From Eledone cirrhosa (taxonomy: Eukaryota): a stretch of 64,000 nt of DNA. The notes under the pieces were generated by a model. The model saw nothing but the letters and a program-made list of their open reading frames with translations. It ran no database searches and had not been told where the DNA came from. The position numbers and the translations under genes were made by a program. Below are positions 45,850 through 59,602 of this stretch, one piece after another (the first letter of the stretch is position 1; each line of letters opens with the position of its first letter). The stretch covers positions 24,552,001 to 24,616,000 of the forward strand of contig OZ024760.1 in assembly GCA_964016885.1 (NCBI GenBank), given 5' to 3'.

Positions 45850-45858
<9 letters not shown>
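45030..45858 (+). mobile_element. Diverged family K element: 586-bp partial tandem plus inverted 5' arm
   Basis: GAAACTGTACAGTC at 45201 and 45787. 45030-45140 is inverted versus 45247-45358. Homologous to the reverse complement of the 591-bp unit. Confidence 0.8.
45706..45804 (+). ncRNA. U3-A8 variant type I hammerhead (family K relative)
   Basis: TGAGGT..TCTC-TTGATAA-GCTGG..ACCTCA..CCAGC-GAAACTGTACAGTC-GGGA. Confidence 0.8.
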
Positions 45859-45890
<32 letters not shown>

Positions 45891-46001
45891 CTCCAGTTCC
45901 TCAGTGAATTAACAACCCAACAAGGAACTGGGCATATCAGAGTATTGACAATATTATACACCAAAACAACATATGTACTTGTCTATACCATACTAATTCA
46001 A

Positions 46002-46056
46002 ACTGCCTGAAGAGGTCACAGCCAAAGATGGCTGTCACTGAAATATATATAGCAGT
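46002..46056 (+). ncRNA. Type I hammerhead ribozyme motif, family A
   Basis: ACTGC-CTGAAGA-GGTCACAGCCA aaga TGGCTGTCACT-GAAA tatata TA-GCAGT. AATAAA and (TA)n follow. Confidence 0.8.
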
Positions 46057-46100
46057 AATAAACGAAGCTAAATTTGAATCATTTGACTTTTATTTAACTT

Positions 46101-46246
<146 letters not shown>

Positions 46247-46266
46247 ATGTGTGTATGTATGTATAT

Positions 46267-46322
<56 letters not shown>

Positions 46323-46379
46323 TTGTTCTGTTTTTATTTCTGGCAATATTATTACAATAATATGAATCTCCACAAGTAT

Positions 46380-46527
<148 letters not shown>

Positions 46528-46916
46528 GTAGGTATTTGTGACGATTTACTACGAATTATTTCGCTTTACTAAAACCTCAAATATAGAAATAAGAGAAAAC
46601 AATATCAGAAAGCAACAACAAAACACACATACACACAGCAAACAAACACAAAACAAAGCGAATCACATTAACAACATGCATAGAAACGTCGCAACCATTA
46701 ATAATATGATTGAAAAGTTATCTTTGTATTGTAAGAATCTCGGGTTAATCTTTATAGCTTTCTATCCGCCATTTTTAATATACCCCAGGCAACAATACAA
46801 AAACTATAATCACACAACTCAGTCGATTCCGTAAGTTACATGAGATACATTTAATAACCCTCAATGGGATCTAGTTTTTGTTGTCTATTTCTATCCTGTT
46901 TCTGCTGTTGCTGGTA

Positions 46917-47097
<181 letters not shown>

Positions 47098-47175
47098 TTC
47101 TCAGTCATTTAGTCCACTTCGTTTCTTCAGCCGTCAATCCCCCATCTCCACCCTTCTCTTCCTCTTTCTGCCTGC

Positions 47176-48199
<1,024 letters not shown>

Positions 48200-48200
<1 letters not shown>

Positions 48201-48431
48201 TACAATATATTAATAAATGGAAACTATATTTATAAAACCATATTTATTTTATTATACATATTTCAAGGCCACCAACAAGGCAAATTATGGTGCGCTTTCA
48301 TCAGATAAAGTACAGATTTGTTTTATAAATAAATATTGACCTACCCGGAAAAAAGACAACCTTAACGGTTGGAGCTTCCTGTTATAAACATTTTAAAGCT
48401 TGTTGAATCCTAACAAATTAAATATAACCTC

Positions 48432-48436
<5 letters not shown>
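48200..48436. mobile_element. Fold-back element, family C, with hammerhead on minus strand (48245-48309)
   Basis: TCATCAG at 48298-48304. The short right arm carries the terminal ..AATATAACCTCTGCA-(TA)n. Confidence 0.7.
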
Positions 48437-48510
<74 letters not shown>

Positions 48511-48567
48511 AGAAGTATATATATATATATATTGAGAAGTTCTGCACCATAAAACCATATATAGGTT

Positions 48568-48677
<110 letters not shown>

Positions 48678-48811
48678 TGCAAATGCATACATACACACGC
48701 ATACCAACTCACCAACACATACATCCATGCTAATAAACACACTCAGGTTACTTATACAAACATACATATCTCTATATGTACATATGTGTATATATATATA
48801 TATATATACAA

Positions 48812-48845
<34 letters not shown>

Positions 48846-49084
48846 TTGTGTTGTGTCTGTGTGTATGTATGTGTATATATATATGTGTGTGTATATATGT
48901 GTGTGTGTATATATATGTGTTTTTGTGTATATATGTATATGTGTGTGTGTCTGTGTATACATGTATATATGTGTGTGTATATATATATGTATGTATATAT
49001 GTGTATATATATATATATGTATGTTTGGATTATGGAAAATGTAATGTTGTTGGCGGTTGTAATGGTAGCAGTGTTAGTATGGAT

Positions 49085-49260
49085 AGAAGTAGTGAGAGTA
49101 ATAATGGCAATAGCTGGTGTGGTACTAATAGTGGTAGTTGTGTAGTAGTAGCAGTAGTAGTATTAGTAGGTGTAGTAGTAGCATTAGTAGTAGTAGTAGT
49201 AATACCAGTAGTAATAGCAGTAGTAGTAGTAGTAGCAGTAGTAATACCAGTAGTAGTAAC

Positions 49261-49304
<44 letters not shown>

Positions 49305-49612
49305 CACTAATAGTAGTAGAAGTAGTAGTAGCAACAGTAGTAGTAGTATTAGCAGTAGTAATACCAGTAGTATTAGCAGTAGTAGTACTAGTTGTAGTAG
49401 CAGTAGTAGTACTAGTTGTAGTAGTAGTAGTAGTAGTAGTAATACCAGTAGTGGTAGTAGCAGTAGTAGTATTAGCAGTAGTAATACCTGTAGTAGTAGC
49501 CATATTATTATTATTATTAGTAGTAGTAGTATTATTAGTAGTAGTAGTAATACCAGTAGTGGTGGTAGCAGTAGTAGTAGCAGCAGTAGTAGCAGCAGTA
49601 GTAGTGGTAGCT
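49085..49612. repeat. (GTA)n trinucleotide tract
   Basis: Directly visible. Confidence 0.9.
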
Positions 49613-49829
49613 AATTACTCAGCTATGTTTACATATTTGACATGAAATTGCACTCTGTGTATTACAGAGAATCAATAAACTTCTACAATTATAAACTGTA
49701 TAGTTTTATTGGTTTTTAACACACACTCCTCTCTGCCTTTGTGTCTGACACTTTAAAAGTGACACACACACACACACATCAGACATCACGCACACATGCA
49801 CTCATCACACACACATATACATACATACC

Positions 49830-49862
<33 letters not shown>

Positions 49863-49867
<5 letters not shown>

Positions 49868-50583
49868 TAATTTAATATATCTACTAACATAAGCGCACAG
49901 ATGTACGCCAATGCCAGCAAATACACAGGTTATGTCATAGTACCTAGGTGGTTCGATGCAGGAGAATGCAGAACAATAATATAAAAGACGTAAAACAAGA
50001 AAATTTTTAAAAAAAAATTAACTTACTTACTTAAATTTTCACTCCAACTAATTAGTTTCTGCAATGGGATAAAGACAGTTACGTAATGAACCGTTATTTG
50101 CTGGCATTGGCGTACATCTATGCGCTTATGTTAGTAGATATATAAAATTATCTATATTTATCTCCAAATCACTGATTTGTCGAGCAAACCTGCCAAAACC
50201 ACTTCTAAAAATTTTTTGGGGGGGTGTTAGTAGGCGCTTGTCATCTTACCACCCCATTCCTACTGACTAGCCTCTGTGTCACGTGATTGATTCTTTAGAA
50301 TCAGCCATATGATCAGTGGCAGTGAGAATTTTCAGTAGCTGGAATCCAGTCCTCGATAGCTGTTCCATTTACCGAATTATTATTATTTTTATATGAGTCG
50401 CCAGTGTCCGCGCATCGCCTGGAGACTCGGCTGAGAATGACCTCCCTGATGACGCAATGAAATTCTCAACGGTTCATTACGTAACTGTCTTTATCCCATT
50501 GCAGAAACTAATTAGTTGGAGTGAAAATTTAAGTAAGTAAGTTAATTTTTAAAAAAAAATTTTCTTATTTTACGTCTTTTATA
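49863..50583. mobile_element. TA-flanked element with two interleaved inverted repeats
   Basis: Inverted pairs 49863-49923/50095-50155 and 49980-50095/50468-50583. Hammerhead-like CTGATGA..GAAA at 50446-50462. Confidence 0.6.
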
Positions 50584-50694
50584 TATATATATATATATGT
50601 ATATATGTTGTATATATTTATATGACTGTGTGTATGTGCGGGTGTGTGTTTTATATATATACCCACTATATATATATATCTATCTATATTATAT

Positions 50695-50751
<57 letters not shown>

Positions 50752-50755
<4 letters not shown>

Positions 50756-50947
50756 AACGAGTAGGACCCCGACGGCTGAGCTCAAGCCCTTTCGACGGCT
50801 AATTCTAGACTGTTCAGAATTAGCCGTCGAAACGGCTTGAGCTCAGCCGTCGGGGTCCTACTCATTCCTATTACCCACTCTACTACCCTAAGTATTGAGT
50901 ACTTTGGTGCGTTATGGTCCATCTGGTTCCTTACCACATTTCCTTCG

Positions 50948-50948
<1 letters not shown>
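50752..50948 (+). mobile_element. Fold-back element, family B
   Basis: Inverted arms centred at ~50812, with GAAACGGCTTGAGCTCAGCCGTC-GGGG. Confidence 0.75.
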
Positions 50949-50979
<31 letters not shown>

Positions 50980-51196
50980 ACACACAAACACATACATATA
51001 TAGATACACACACATAGGCATAGACACATACAGACATATATATATATATATACATGTATATATTTCCAAGCACATATATATATATATATATATACACACA
51101 TACACCCAGAGAGTGAGAGAGACGCACACGCCGTCACACATATACAGACACACACAGTCACACACACATACACACGGATTCGCCCCCCCCCTCCCA

Positions 51197-51239
<43 letters not shown>

Positions 51240-51274
51240 TATATATAATATATATATATTGTTGCTGCTGTTGT

Positions 51275-52222
51275 TCGGAGTTCAAATCCTGGCGAGGTTA
51301 GCTTTGCCTTTCATCCTTACCGGGTCGATAAAATAAAGTACCAGTAATGTACTGGGAATTTGCTGGCCTTGTGTCAAACGTAGACATAATAATATTTATT
51401 ATTTTTATTATTTTTATTATTTTTATTCTTAAGGGCGGTGGAATGCCAGTATCGGTAGAGGGTCGGACGCCATGCTTTCCAGCATAGTTACGTCCCTTTA
51501 CGATCTGAGTTCAAATACCGCCGAGGTTGACTTTGCCTTTCATCCTTACGCGGTCGATAAAATAAAGTACCAGTAATGCACTGGTTAATTGCTGGCCTTG
51601 TGCCTAAAGTAGAGACAATTATTTCTATTATTGTAAGGGTGGGGGAATTGTCAGTATCAGTAGAGCAGCATACAATATGATTAGTGTCATAAAATTCCAG
51701 CCCTTTACTTTCTTAGCTAGAGTTAGCTAGACCTTTCATCAATGCGGGATCAATAAATTAAAGTACCAGTAATGCACTGGGGTTGAATTAAGCGACTTAC
51801 CCTTCCCATCAAATCTTTATTATTGACGGCATTTTTATTGAATTGGTAGTATCTGTTTAGCCTCGGACAATATGCTTTGAGGCATAGATTGACGGCCCTT
51901 TACGCCGAGTTAATGTACACCTTTCAACCTATGGTGTCGGTAAAATAAAGTACCAGTAATGTACTGGGGTCGATTTAAGCGACTTACCCTTCCCATCAAA
52001 TCTTTATTATTGACGGCATTTTTATTGAATTGGAGGTATCGGTTTAGCCTCGGACAATATGCTTTGAGACATAGATTGGCGGCCCTTTACGCCGAGGTAA
52101 TGTAGGCCTTTCAAACTTACGGTGTCAGTAAAATAAAGTACCAGTAATGTACTGGTGTCGATGTAATCGATTTTCTTTTTCTATTCAAATTACAAGCCAT
52201 GTGCCCAAGGTAGAAACCATTT
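51275..52222 (+). mobile_element. Cluster of Nin-type SINE copies of different ages
   Basis: TAAAGTACCAGTAATG at ~51334, 51563, 51759, 51946 and 52134. A- and B-box-like heads at ~51432-51520. Confidence 0.7.
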
Positions 52223-52229
52223 GGTTTAA

Positions 52230-52826
52230 CCCTTTAACATTTAAACTCTCCATATCCGGCCAAAATCTCTCTCACCCTTTTACGTTCAAACTTGCTGCAA
52301 CCGGCCACTCATACTTATATTAAGGTATTGTTCTCAAAATACAAAATATCAAAATCTCATAGATTCGATATATGGAAGATAATGTCTTTACTGTGAAAAT
52401 ACAATAGTATATATAGAATAATTGTTTCTACTTTAGGCACAAGGCCAGCCATTATCTCAGTGTATTACTGGTACTTTATTTTATCGACCCCGTAAGGATG
52501 AAAGGCAAAGTTAACCCCGTGGTATTTGAACTCAGAATGGCAAGGGCCGTGACTCTATGCTTCAAAGCATGGCGTCCGACCCTCTACCGATACTGCGAAT
52601 CCACATATAGAATAATTGTTTCTACTTTAAGCACAAGGCCAGCAATTATCCCAGTGCATTACTGGTACTTTATTTTATCGACCCCGTAAGGATGAAAGGC
52701 AAAGTTAACCTCGGCGGGATTTGAACTCAGAATGGCAAGGGCCGTAACTCTATGCGTCAAAGCATGGCGTCCGACCCTCTACCGATACTGCCAATCCACA
52801 TATAGAATAATGTATATGCTACAGGG
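52230..52826. mobile_element. piggyBac-like MITE interrupted by two tandem SINEs
   Basis: TTAA|CCCTTTAACATTTA ... TATATGCTACAGGG|TTAA. SINE units at 52417 and 52611 (194-bp period, minus strand). Confidence 0.6.
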
Positions 52827-53445
52827 TTAACTCGCAGAGATGAGCGGTGTGTGGTGGAATTGTTTGATCATGGTTCAAATAGCTTTGTGCTATTTGAACC
52901 GACCTTGTACGTTCTGAGTTCAAATCTAGCTGCTGTCGTCTATTCATTTTATGTGTCTAGATTATAAAGTCCCTGTCATATACTGGGGGAAGGAGACATT
53001 ATTACTAGCGTATCGTCTTTTTCATGGCTTGCTATATATATTGTTTGCCCCCCCCCACACACACACAACCACACATACACACACACACATAAATATATAT
53101 ATATATATGTGTGTGCGTTTGTCTGTATTTTCACATATATATGCTTATATGTATATGTGTGTATGTGTGTTTCTGTTTATATACGCATATGTGTGGGTAT
53201 ATATATATATGTGTGTATATATATATATATGTATATATATATGTATATATATATATATGTATGTATGTATATATACATATATAAGAACGTCTCTTTCGCT
53301 TTATATATATATTTATATATATATGTATATATATATATATACGTGTGTATGTATGTATATATACATATATAAGAACGTCTTTTTCGCTTTATATATATAT
53401 TTATATATATATATATATATATATATACGTGTGTATATATGTATA

Positions 53446-53490
<45 letters not shown>

Positions 53491-53850
53491 GTGTGTGTCT
53501 GTATGTCTGTGTATGTGAGTGTGTGTGTATGTGTGGACATGTTTGTGTTTATGTGTATACCGTATGTATGATAATTCTCAATACTTCAGAGAACACGAAT
53601 TGTGAGTTATGAAATTGAACAAGAAAATGTATTTACCATGAAGGGTGCAATTTCTTAAAGAATGTAAAAAAACAAACTATATTTCATTTTTTTTCCTTCT
53701 TACGATATGTCCGTCATAAATTATATTTCTCAAGTAACAGTAATAAAATAAAAAAACGCGTCGGTTGGTTCACAAAAGGCAGCGCTGCCTAATGGTAAAT
53801 CTGCTGTACTGACAATTGTAAGGCCGTGTGTTTCATTAGCAACGGTCCTC

Positions 53851-54179
53851 GTTGGTCTTCGTCTCAACGAGGGTAAAACAGAGTACATCTCAAACTCTAC
53901 AGGCAACAACATCAAAGCAACCAACGGCAGTGGTATCGAGCAAGTCGAGGATTTCAAGTTTCTTGGGTCCTGAATTATGGACTCTGAGAAGGATCTTGCC
54001 ACCAGAAAGGCCCAAGCATGGTCAGCTTGCAACACAATGGATCGAGTTTGGCACTCAAATCTTTCCAACCACACCAACATCAGACTCTTCCAAGTAACAA
54101 TTCAACCAATCTTGCTACATGGAAGTGAAACATGGACACTTTCATTCAAACAACAAAAGCGCCTTGATAGCACCTACAT

Positions 54180-54256
<77 letters not shown>

Positions 54257-54711
54257 TCTTGATGTCACCTACACTCGCCTGCTTCAACGCATTCAGAACA
54301 TAAGCTGGTGACATCTGCCTTTAAGAGAGATATATGCCGGCCTCCCACGTATACATGTCGTTGTACGTAAAAGGAGAGTAAGATTTGCTGACCACTGCCA
54401 TCGTGCCACCTCTAAGACTGTCTCCCCATTAGTGCTTTAGAAACCACAAGCAGTCTCTAATAACAGGGGGTGCAAGCTCTCCTATCCCGATGTGCTGGCC
54501 ACTCCCATCGTGCCACCTATGAAGCTGTGGGGCCCATTATTGCTTGGGAAACCACAAGCAGTCACTAATAACAGGGGGCGCAAGCTCAACTATCTCGATG
54601 TCATCTCCAGAGATTCTGGTATTGAAGTCCAGGAATTGGCAACGGCAATGAACGACAGATCCACATGGAGATGAGTTGTAGAGTTGATTTCAGCTGAGGC
54701 TGCCTGATGAT
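53851..54711 (+). pseudogene. RTE/RTE-X-like LINE 3' fragment (RT C-terminus)
   Basis: GLRLNEGKTEY..VEDFKFLGS..RKAQAWSA..ILLHGSETWTL..RFADHCHR. Contains stops, an (ACT)n insertion and a ~106-bp internal duplication. Confidence 0.8.
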
Positions 54712-54837
54712 GTCTGAGACCTAGTGGTGTATTGTGTCCTGTAGTAAGAAGCAATCAATTCCCTATGTTCCAGTCGATTCATTTGGGGATATACAATGAA
54801 CACCAGAATTGGTTGAAAGTTTAGGATCTGTTTGGAG

Positions 54838-54942
54838 TCTGGAGGTTCATCAGCTGCGCTGCTTATCCTAATTTTCGTGGCGTTAAGCGACTGAGAGAAT
54901 AAGACACCTCCCTCGATAGGACACCAGTCCATCGCAGGGTTG
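54838..54942 (-). mobile_element. V-domain-like SINE fragment
   Basis: Minus strand AACCCTGCGATGGACTGGTGTCCTATCGAGGG...GAAA..GATAAGC..CTGATGAACC. Confidence 0.5.
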
Positions 54943-55010
54943 AAGTCTATCACGAGCTCGGGGTGTCATCAAGCCGGTGCTTATCCTGCTTTCCACATAA
55001 GTATGCTGCT

Positions 55011-55375
<365 letters not shown>

Positions 55376-55567
55376 CTAAAACAAGGTGGTCAGCCACGAT
55401 GTAATGTTATGGAATGCACTCAACGTATTGCAACCACCCGTCTTCGTTTGTGTAGTTGGTGATACCCACTTGAGGGTGGTCGACGCAACTACAAGCTGCT
55501 AAAATACCGGCCGCACTCTTGTCCCCATGGATTTTTATCTGCTATATTCCTTCGTTATATTTTGAAT

Positions 55568-55623
55568 TACCTGATGATGTCATCGGATTCATACTGAACC
55601 CGGTCATTGAAATGATCATTGTA
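55568..55623 (+). ncRNA. Hammerhead motif (U.U closing pair, U17)
   Basis: TAC-CTGATGA-(31 nt stem II)-GAAA tgatca TT-GTA. Stem III ATGATCAT is a palindrome. AATAAA then TA follow. Confidence 0.55.
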
Positions 55624-56101
55624 TAATAAACCTTTCAAGGATTCACACCAGAACATGCCTCCTGTTATTATATATATATACGGCTTGTAAAATGCACAAG
55701 ATACATGGATGAGTTCTCATCATCGCTGCTGCCATGTCTTGCGTCTCAAGGAGTCCAGTGTATGTCCTTAGGGTATCAACATATGTCAAACTCGGTCTCC
55801 GTCTCTCTAAATATACATACATCCATACATAGTATACTACCTAGTATACACTATCAAATAGTATCTCGTTTAGCACAGCTTATTTCGAATGACTAGAGCA
55901 ACATATTAGGTTTATGGGCGAAACCTTGTATTGTCAGATCACTGACAAGAGCTATAAAACAGAAGACTTAATGAAATACACCTCTTCTGACGCTATATAG
56001 GTTTGTAGTGAAATAATTGTGGAGGTAATGTAATTATTGATTATACACTACACTTGTGACATTGTAATTTTCTATTGCTTCAGGACATACATATACATAC
56101 G

Positions 56102-56145
<44 letters not shown>

Positions 56146-56210
56146 TACAAAGTCACACACACGCACACTCACAAATAAACAAACACACACCCTCTTTCTC
56201 TCTCTCTCTC

Positions 56211-56258
<48 letters not shown>

Positions 56259-57101
56259 CACATGTATGTATGTACATAAAAAAATACATACGTATAAATA
56301 GATGCATGCATGCACACATACACGCACACACAGAAACGCACACACTCACACACACACATATGTATTTTTGAGCGTGAGTGTTTATGTGTATGTGTGTACT
56401 GTGTCTTTGCGTATGTAGTGTATTTTCTGCACATTATTCTGCATCATAATGTAAATCTTAGCTCGAATAAGTGAAGGTGACTTAATTTAATATTTTCGTT
56501 GTACCTTGAGGTTCTTACTGGGAACGTACATGGTTATATGTGATTGTGCGTGAATGTACGTGAGTTTACATGTGTGAAATTTTTGTTTAACCATTTCCAT
56601 AAAGTTTCACTGTAGAAGCTCATTAAATCGTCCATATGCAATTTTAATATTTAAATCTAAATATCTAATACATTTAATTCAACATATTGTGAAATTAATC
56701 TGTGAATTGGATTGAATTTAGAAGACAAATTACTCTATTTGATCGGCATAAAGAAAGAAATATGTATTTATGAATACATAACATCAGAATGCTTTTTAAA
56801 TATTTTAGTAAAATACATTTATCGTCGTAAATATATAAAATGACATTTATTAATACATGCAACTGCCTTAATAGTTAATAGTTTAAGTAAAATATATGGT
56901 TAGGAATACAAAAGACAAGATGGAATAGAAGGTTAAAATCAGAAAGAAGAGGAGGCATTAAAGAGAATAGATACTCGTTGAACAGGACGTAGAATGTGTG
57001 ACGAAAGAATTTTGACGAACGAATAAATAACTAGCTATTACTGGCAATATCACCGTCCCTTAAATATAACAAGGAAAATATTTATTAGCGTAGTTAAAGA
57101 T

Positions 57102-57932
57102 AATTAAGAGATCACAGCTCCGATACTATGGGCATGTGGTTGGAATATCTCACGAGAGAATCACTGGAGAGTCACACCAGGTAGAGCTGCTACTTCTCTG
57201 AATTGAGAGATCATAGCTCTGACACTATAGACATGTGGTTAGAATGTCTCAAGAAAGAATCGCTGGACAAATTTGTAGCTCGGAGATCAGAGAGTCACTC
57301 CAGATAGAGCTGCTACTTCTCCGAATTGAGAGATCACAGCTCTGATACTATGGCCATGTAGTTAGAATTTCTCAGGATAGAATCACTGGACAAATTTGTA
57401 GCTCGGAGATCAGAGAGTCACTCCAGATAGAGCTGCTACTTCTCCGAATTGAGAGATCACAGCTCTGATACTATGGACATGTGGTTAGAATTTCTCAGGA
57501 TAGAATCACTGGACAGATTTGTAGCTCGGAGATGAGAGAGTCACTCTAGGTAGAGCTGTTACTTCTCTAAATTGAGAGATCAAAACTTTGATACTATGGA
57601 CATGTGGTTAGAATGTCTCAGGAGAGAATCGCTGGACAGATTTGTAGCTCGGAGATGAGAGAGTCACTCTAGGTAGAGCTGCTACTTCTCTAAATTGAGA
57701 GATCAAAACTTTGATACTATGAACATGTAGTTAGAATGTCTCAGGAGAGAATCGCTGGACAGACTTTATGGGCAAAACAAACCGGCGATAGACCCAAGGG
57801 TATGCACCGAGCAATATAGTTGGGTAACATCCATGAGCTTGTCTGTTAACGCTGGGGGATCCAACCGTGAAGAAGAAGAAGAAGAAGAAGAAGAAGAAGA
57901 AGAAGAAGAAGAAGAAGAAGAAGAAGAAGAAG
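57102..57932 (+). repeat. 123-bp minisatellite amplified from RTE LINE coding sequence, followed by LINE 3' end and (GAA)n tail
   Basis: Units at 57102, 57201, 57324, 57447, 57570 and 57693. The consensus translates as SEIRESLQIELLLLRIERSQL(R/*)YYGHVVRMSQERIAGQ, then KQTGDRPKG. Confidence 0.8.
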
Positions 57933-58026
57933 ACAAGGACAAGTAGAAGAAGTAATACATTAACTACAGAGTTTACGTCGGGTATTTTCAATTTTAAATG
58001 ATAATGTGGTAATCGAAGCAGAAGGC

Positions 58027-58079
<53 letters not shown>

Positions 58080-58169
58080 CTTTCTTTATTAACCACAAGG
58101 ATTTACATAAAGTAGACATTAAGGACAGTACGGGACAATACAGGACGGTACAATAATAATAATAATATA

Positions 58170-59602
58170 TGTATGCAATTTGGTATTAGTAAGTGTGGAG
58201 TCGTTGTGATGAAGAGGGGTAAATTGAGCAGAAGCAACGGAATCCAGGTACCAACAGGTGAGATGATAAAGGAAATTGACACTGAAGAAGGATTCAAATA
58301 TTTAGGTGTTCTGGAGGCTGATGACATCAAGAACAAAAAAACAAAAGAATTGATAAGATCTGAATACATTCGGAGAATGAGTATATTAAAATCACATCTG
58401 AACAGTAGGAATGCCATAAGTGCAGTAAATTCCCGAGCTGTGTCTATTATTAGGTACAGTGCGGGAATTCTGAGATGGAATGTTGCTGAATAAAAAGAAT
58501 TGGATAGGAAGGCTAGGAAGCTATTGACTATCTACAACATGTTCCACAAGAGGAGTGATGTCGATAGACTCTACTTAAGGAGATCTGAAGGTGGAAGAGG
58601 TTTTATGAACATAGAGGACTGTGTTCATATGGAGAAAAACAACCTACACAAATACGTGACTGATAGTAGGGAGCCAATGCTCAGAATTGTACTGAAGGAG
58701 AGCACAATAGACCAGGGGATGTCCAAGGAGGAAATAACAACAAGGAGAAAGAGCAACCTTCATGAAAAATCCCTTCATAGTACCTTCTTTGAGAAACTGA
58801 ATTCAGAGATCCACAGACATGGAACAGGTTGAAAAGAGGAGACCTTAAAAAGGCTACAGAAGGAATGCTAATGGCTGCGCAAGAGCAGGCCCTCAAAACG
58901 AAGTGGCTTAAACACCATATTTACAAGGAAGAGGCTAGCCCACTGTGTAGGATCTGTGGAGAGAGAGAGCAGACTGTGGCTCACATTGTATCCGAGTGTA
59001 AATACCTAGCCCAGACTCACTATAAAGGTTGGAGACATGATGTGATGGGCAGGGTGATCCACTGGCACCTATAAAAAGTAAACAATTTACCACATTCTGA
59101 GAAGTGGTATGAGCATAAGCCAGGGTCGGTGATAGAAAACGATCAGGTGAAGGTGCTGTGGAATTTTAGGATACAGACGGACAAGAAACTGGAACACAAT
59201 AGACCTGACCTGGTGGTTTTGGACAAGGAAAAAAGATTGTGCCTGATTGTGGATGTGGCCTGCCCATTCGACACGGGAGTGCAAGAGAAGGAGAGGGAGA
59301 AAATTAACCGATACCAGGACTTAAAGTGGGAGGTAAAAAGGATTTCGACCTGCCATGAAGTCAAAGTGGTCCCGATTGTCATAGGCGCACTAGAGTTTCC
59401 AAGGATGGTTATAGAAAATTGGCCCCGCCCCGCTTTTTGGAACACTTCAAAAGGCATGCTTGCTGGGAACAGCAAGAACCCTCCGATACGTCGTGAATAT
59501 CTGAGGCTGCAGGTAGTAGCTTGATATTCATTTCAACAAACTTTCCAGTTAACTAACATCAATGACTGAGACTCAAAGAACAATAATAATAATAATAATA
59601 AT
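58170..59602 (+). pseudogene. R4/Dong-like REL non-LTR retrotransposon, 5'-truncated
   Basis: MQFGISKC..FKYLG (RT end), RLYLRRSEGGRG, CRICGEREQTVAHIVSEC (CCHC), WRHD, HNRPDLVV..IVDVACP..KINRY (REL). (AAT)n on both sides. Contains stops and frameshifts. Confidence 0.9.

Noticed and set aside
51432-51525. tRNA gene
   Set aside because: A/B-box-like motifs lead straight into the SINE body, with no complete cloverleaf.
55979-56026. Degenerate hammerhead-like motifs here and at 35644-35680(+), 38405-38452(-) and 41588-41620(+)
   Set aside because: Each lacks essential core residues or a pairing stem I. They are possibly decayed copies but not supportable individually.
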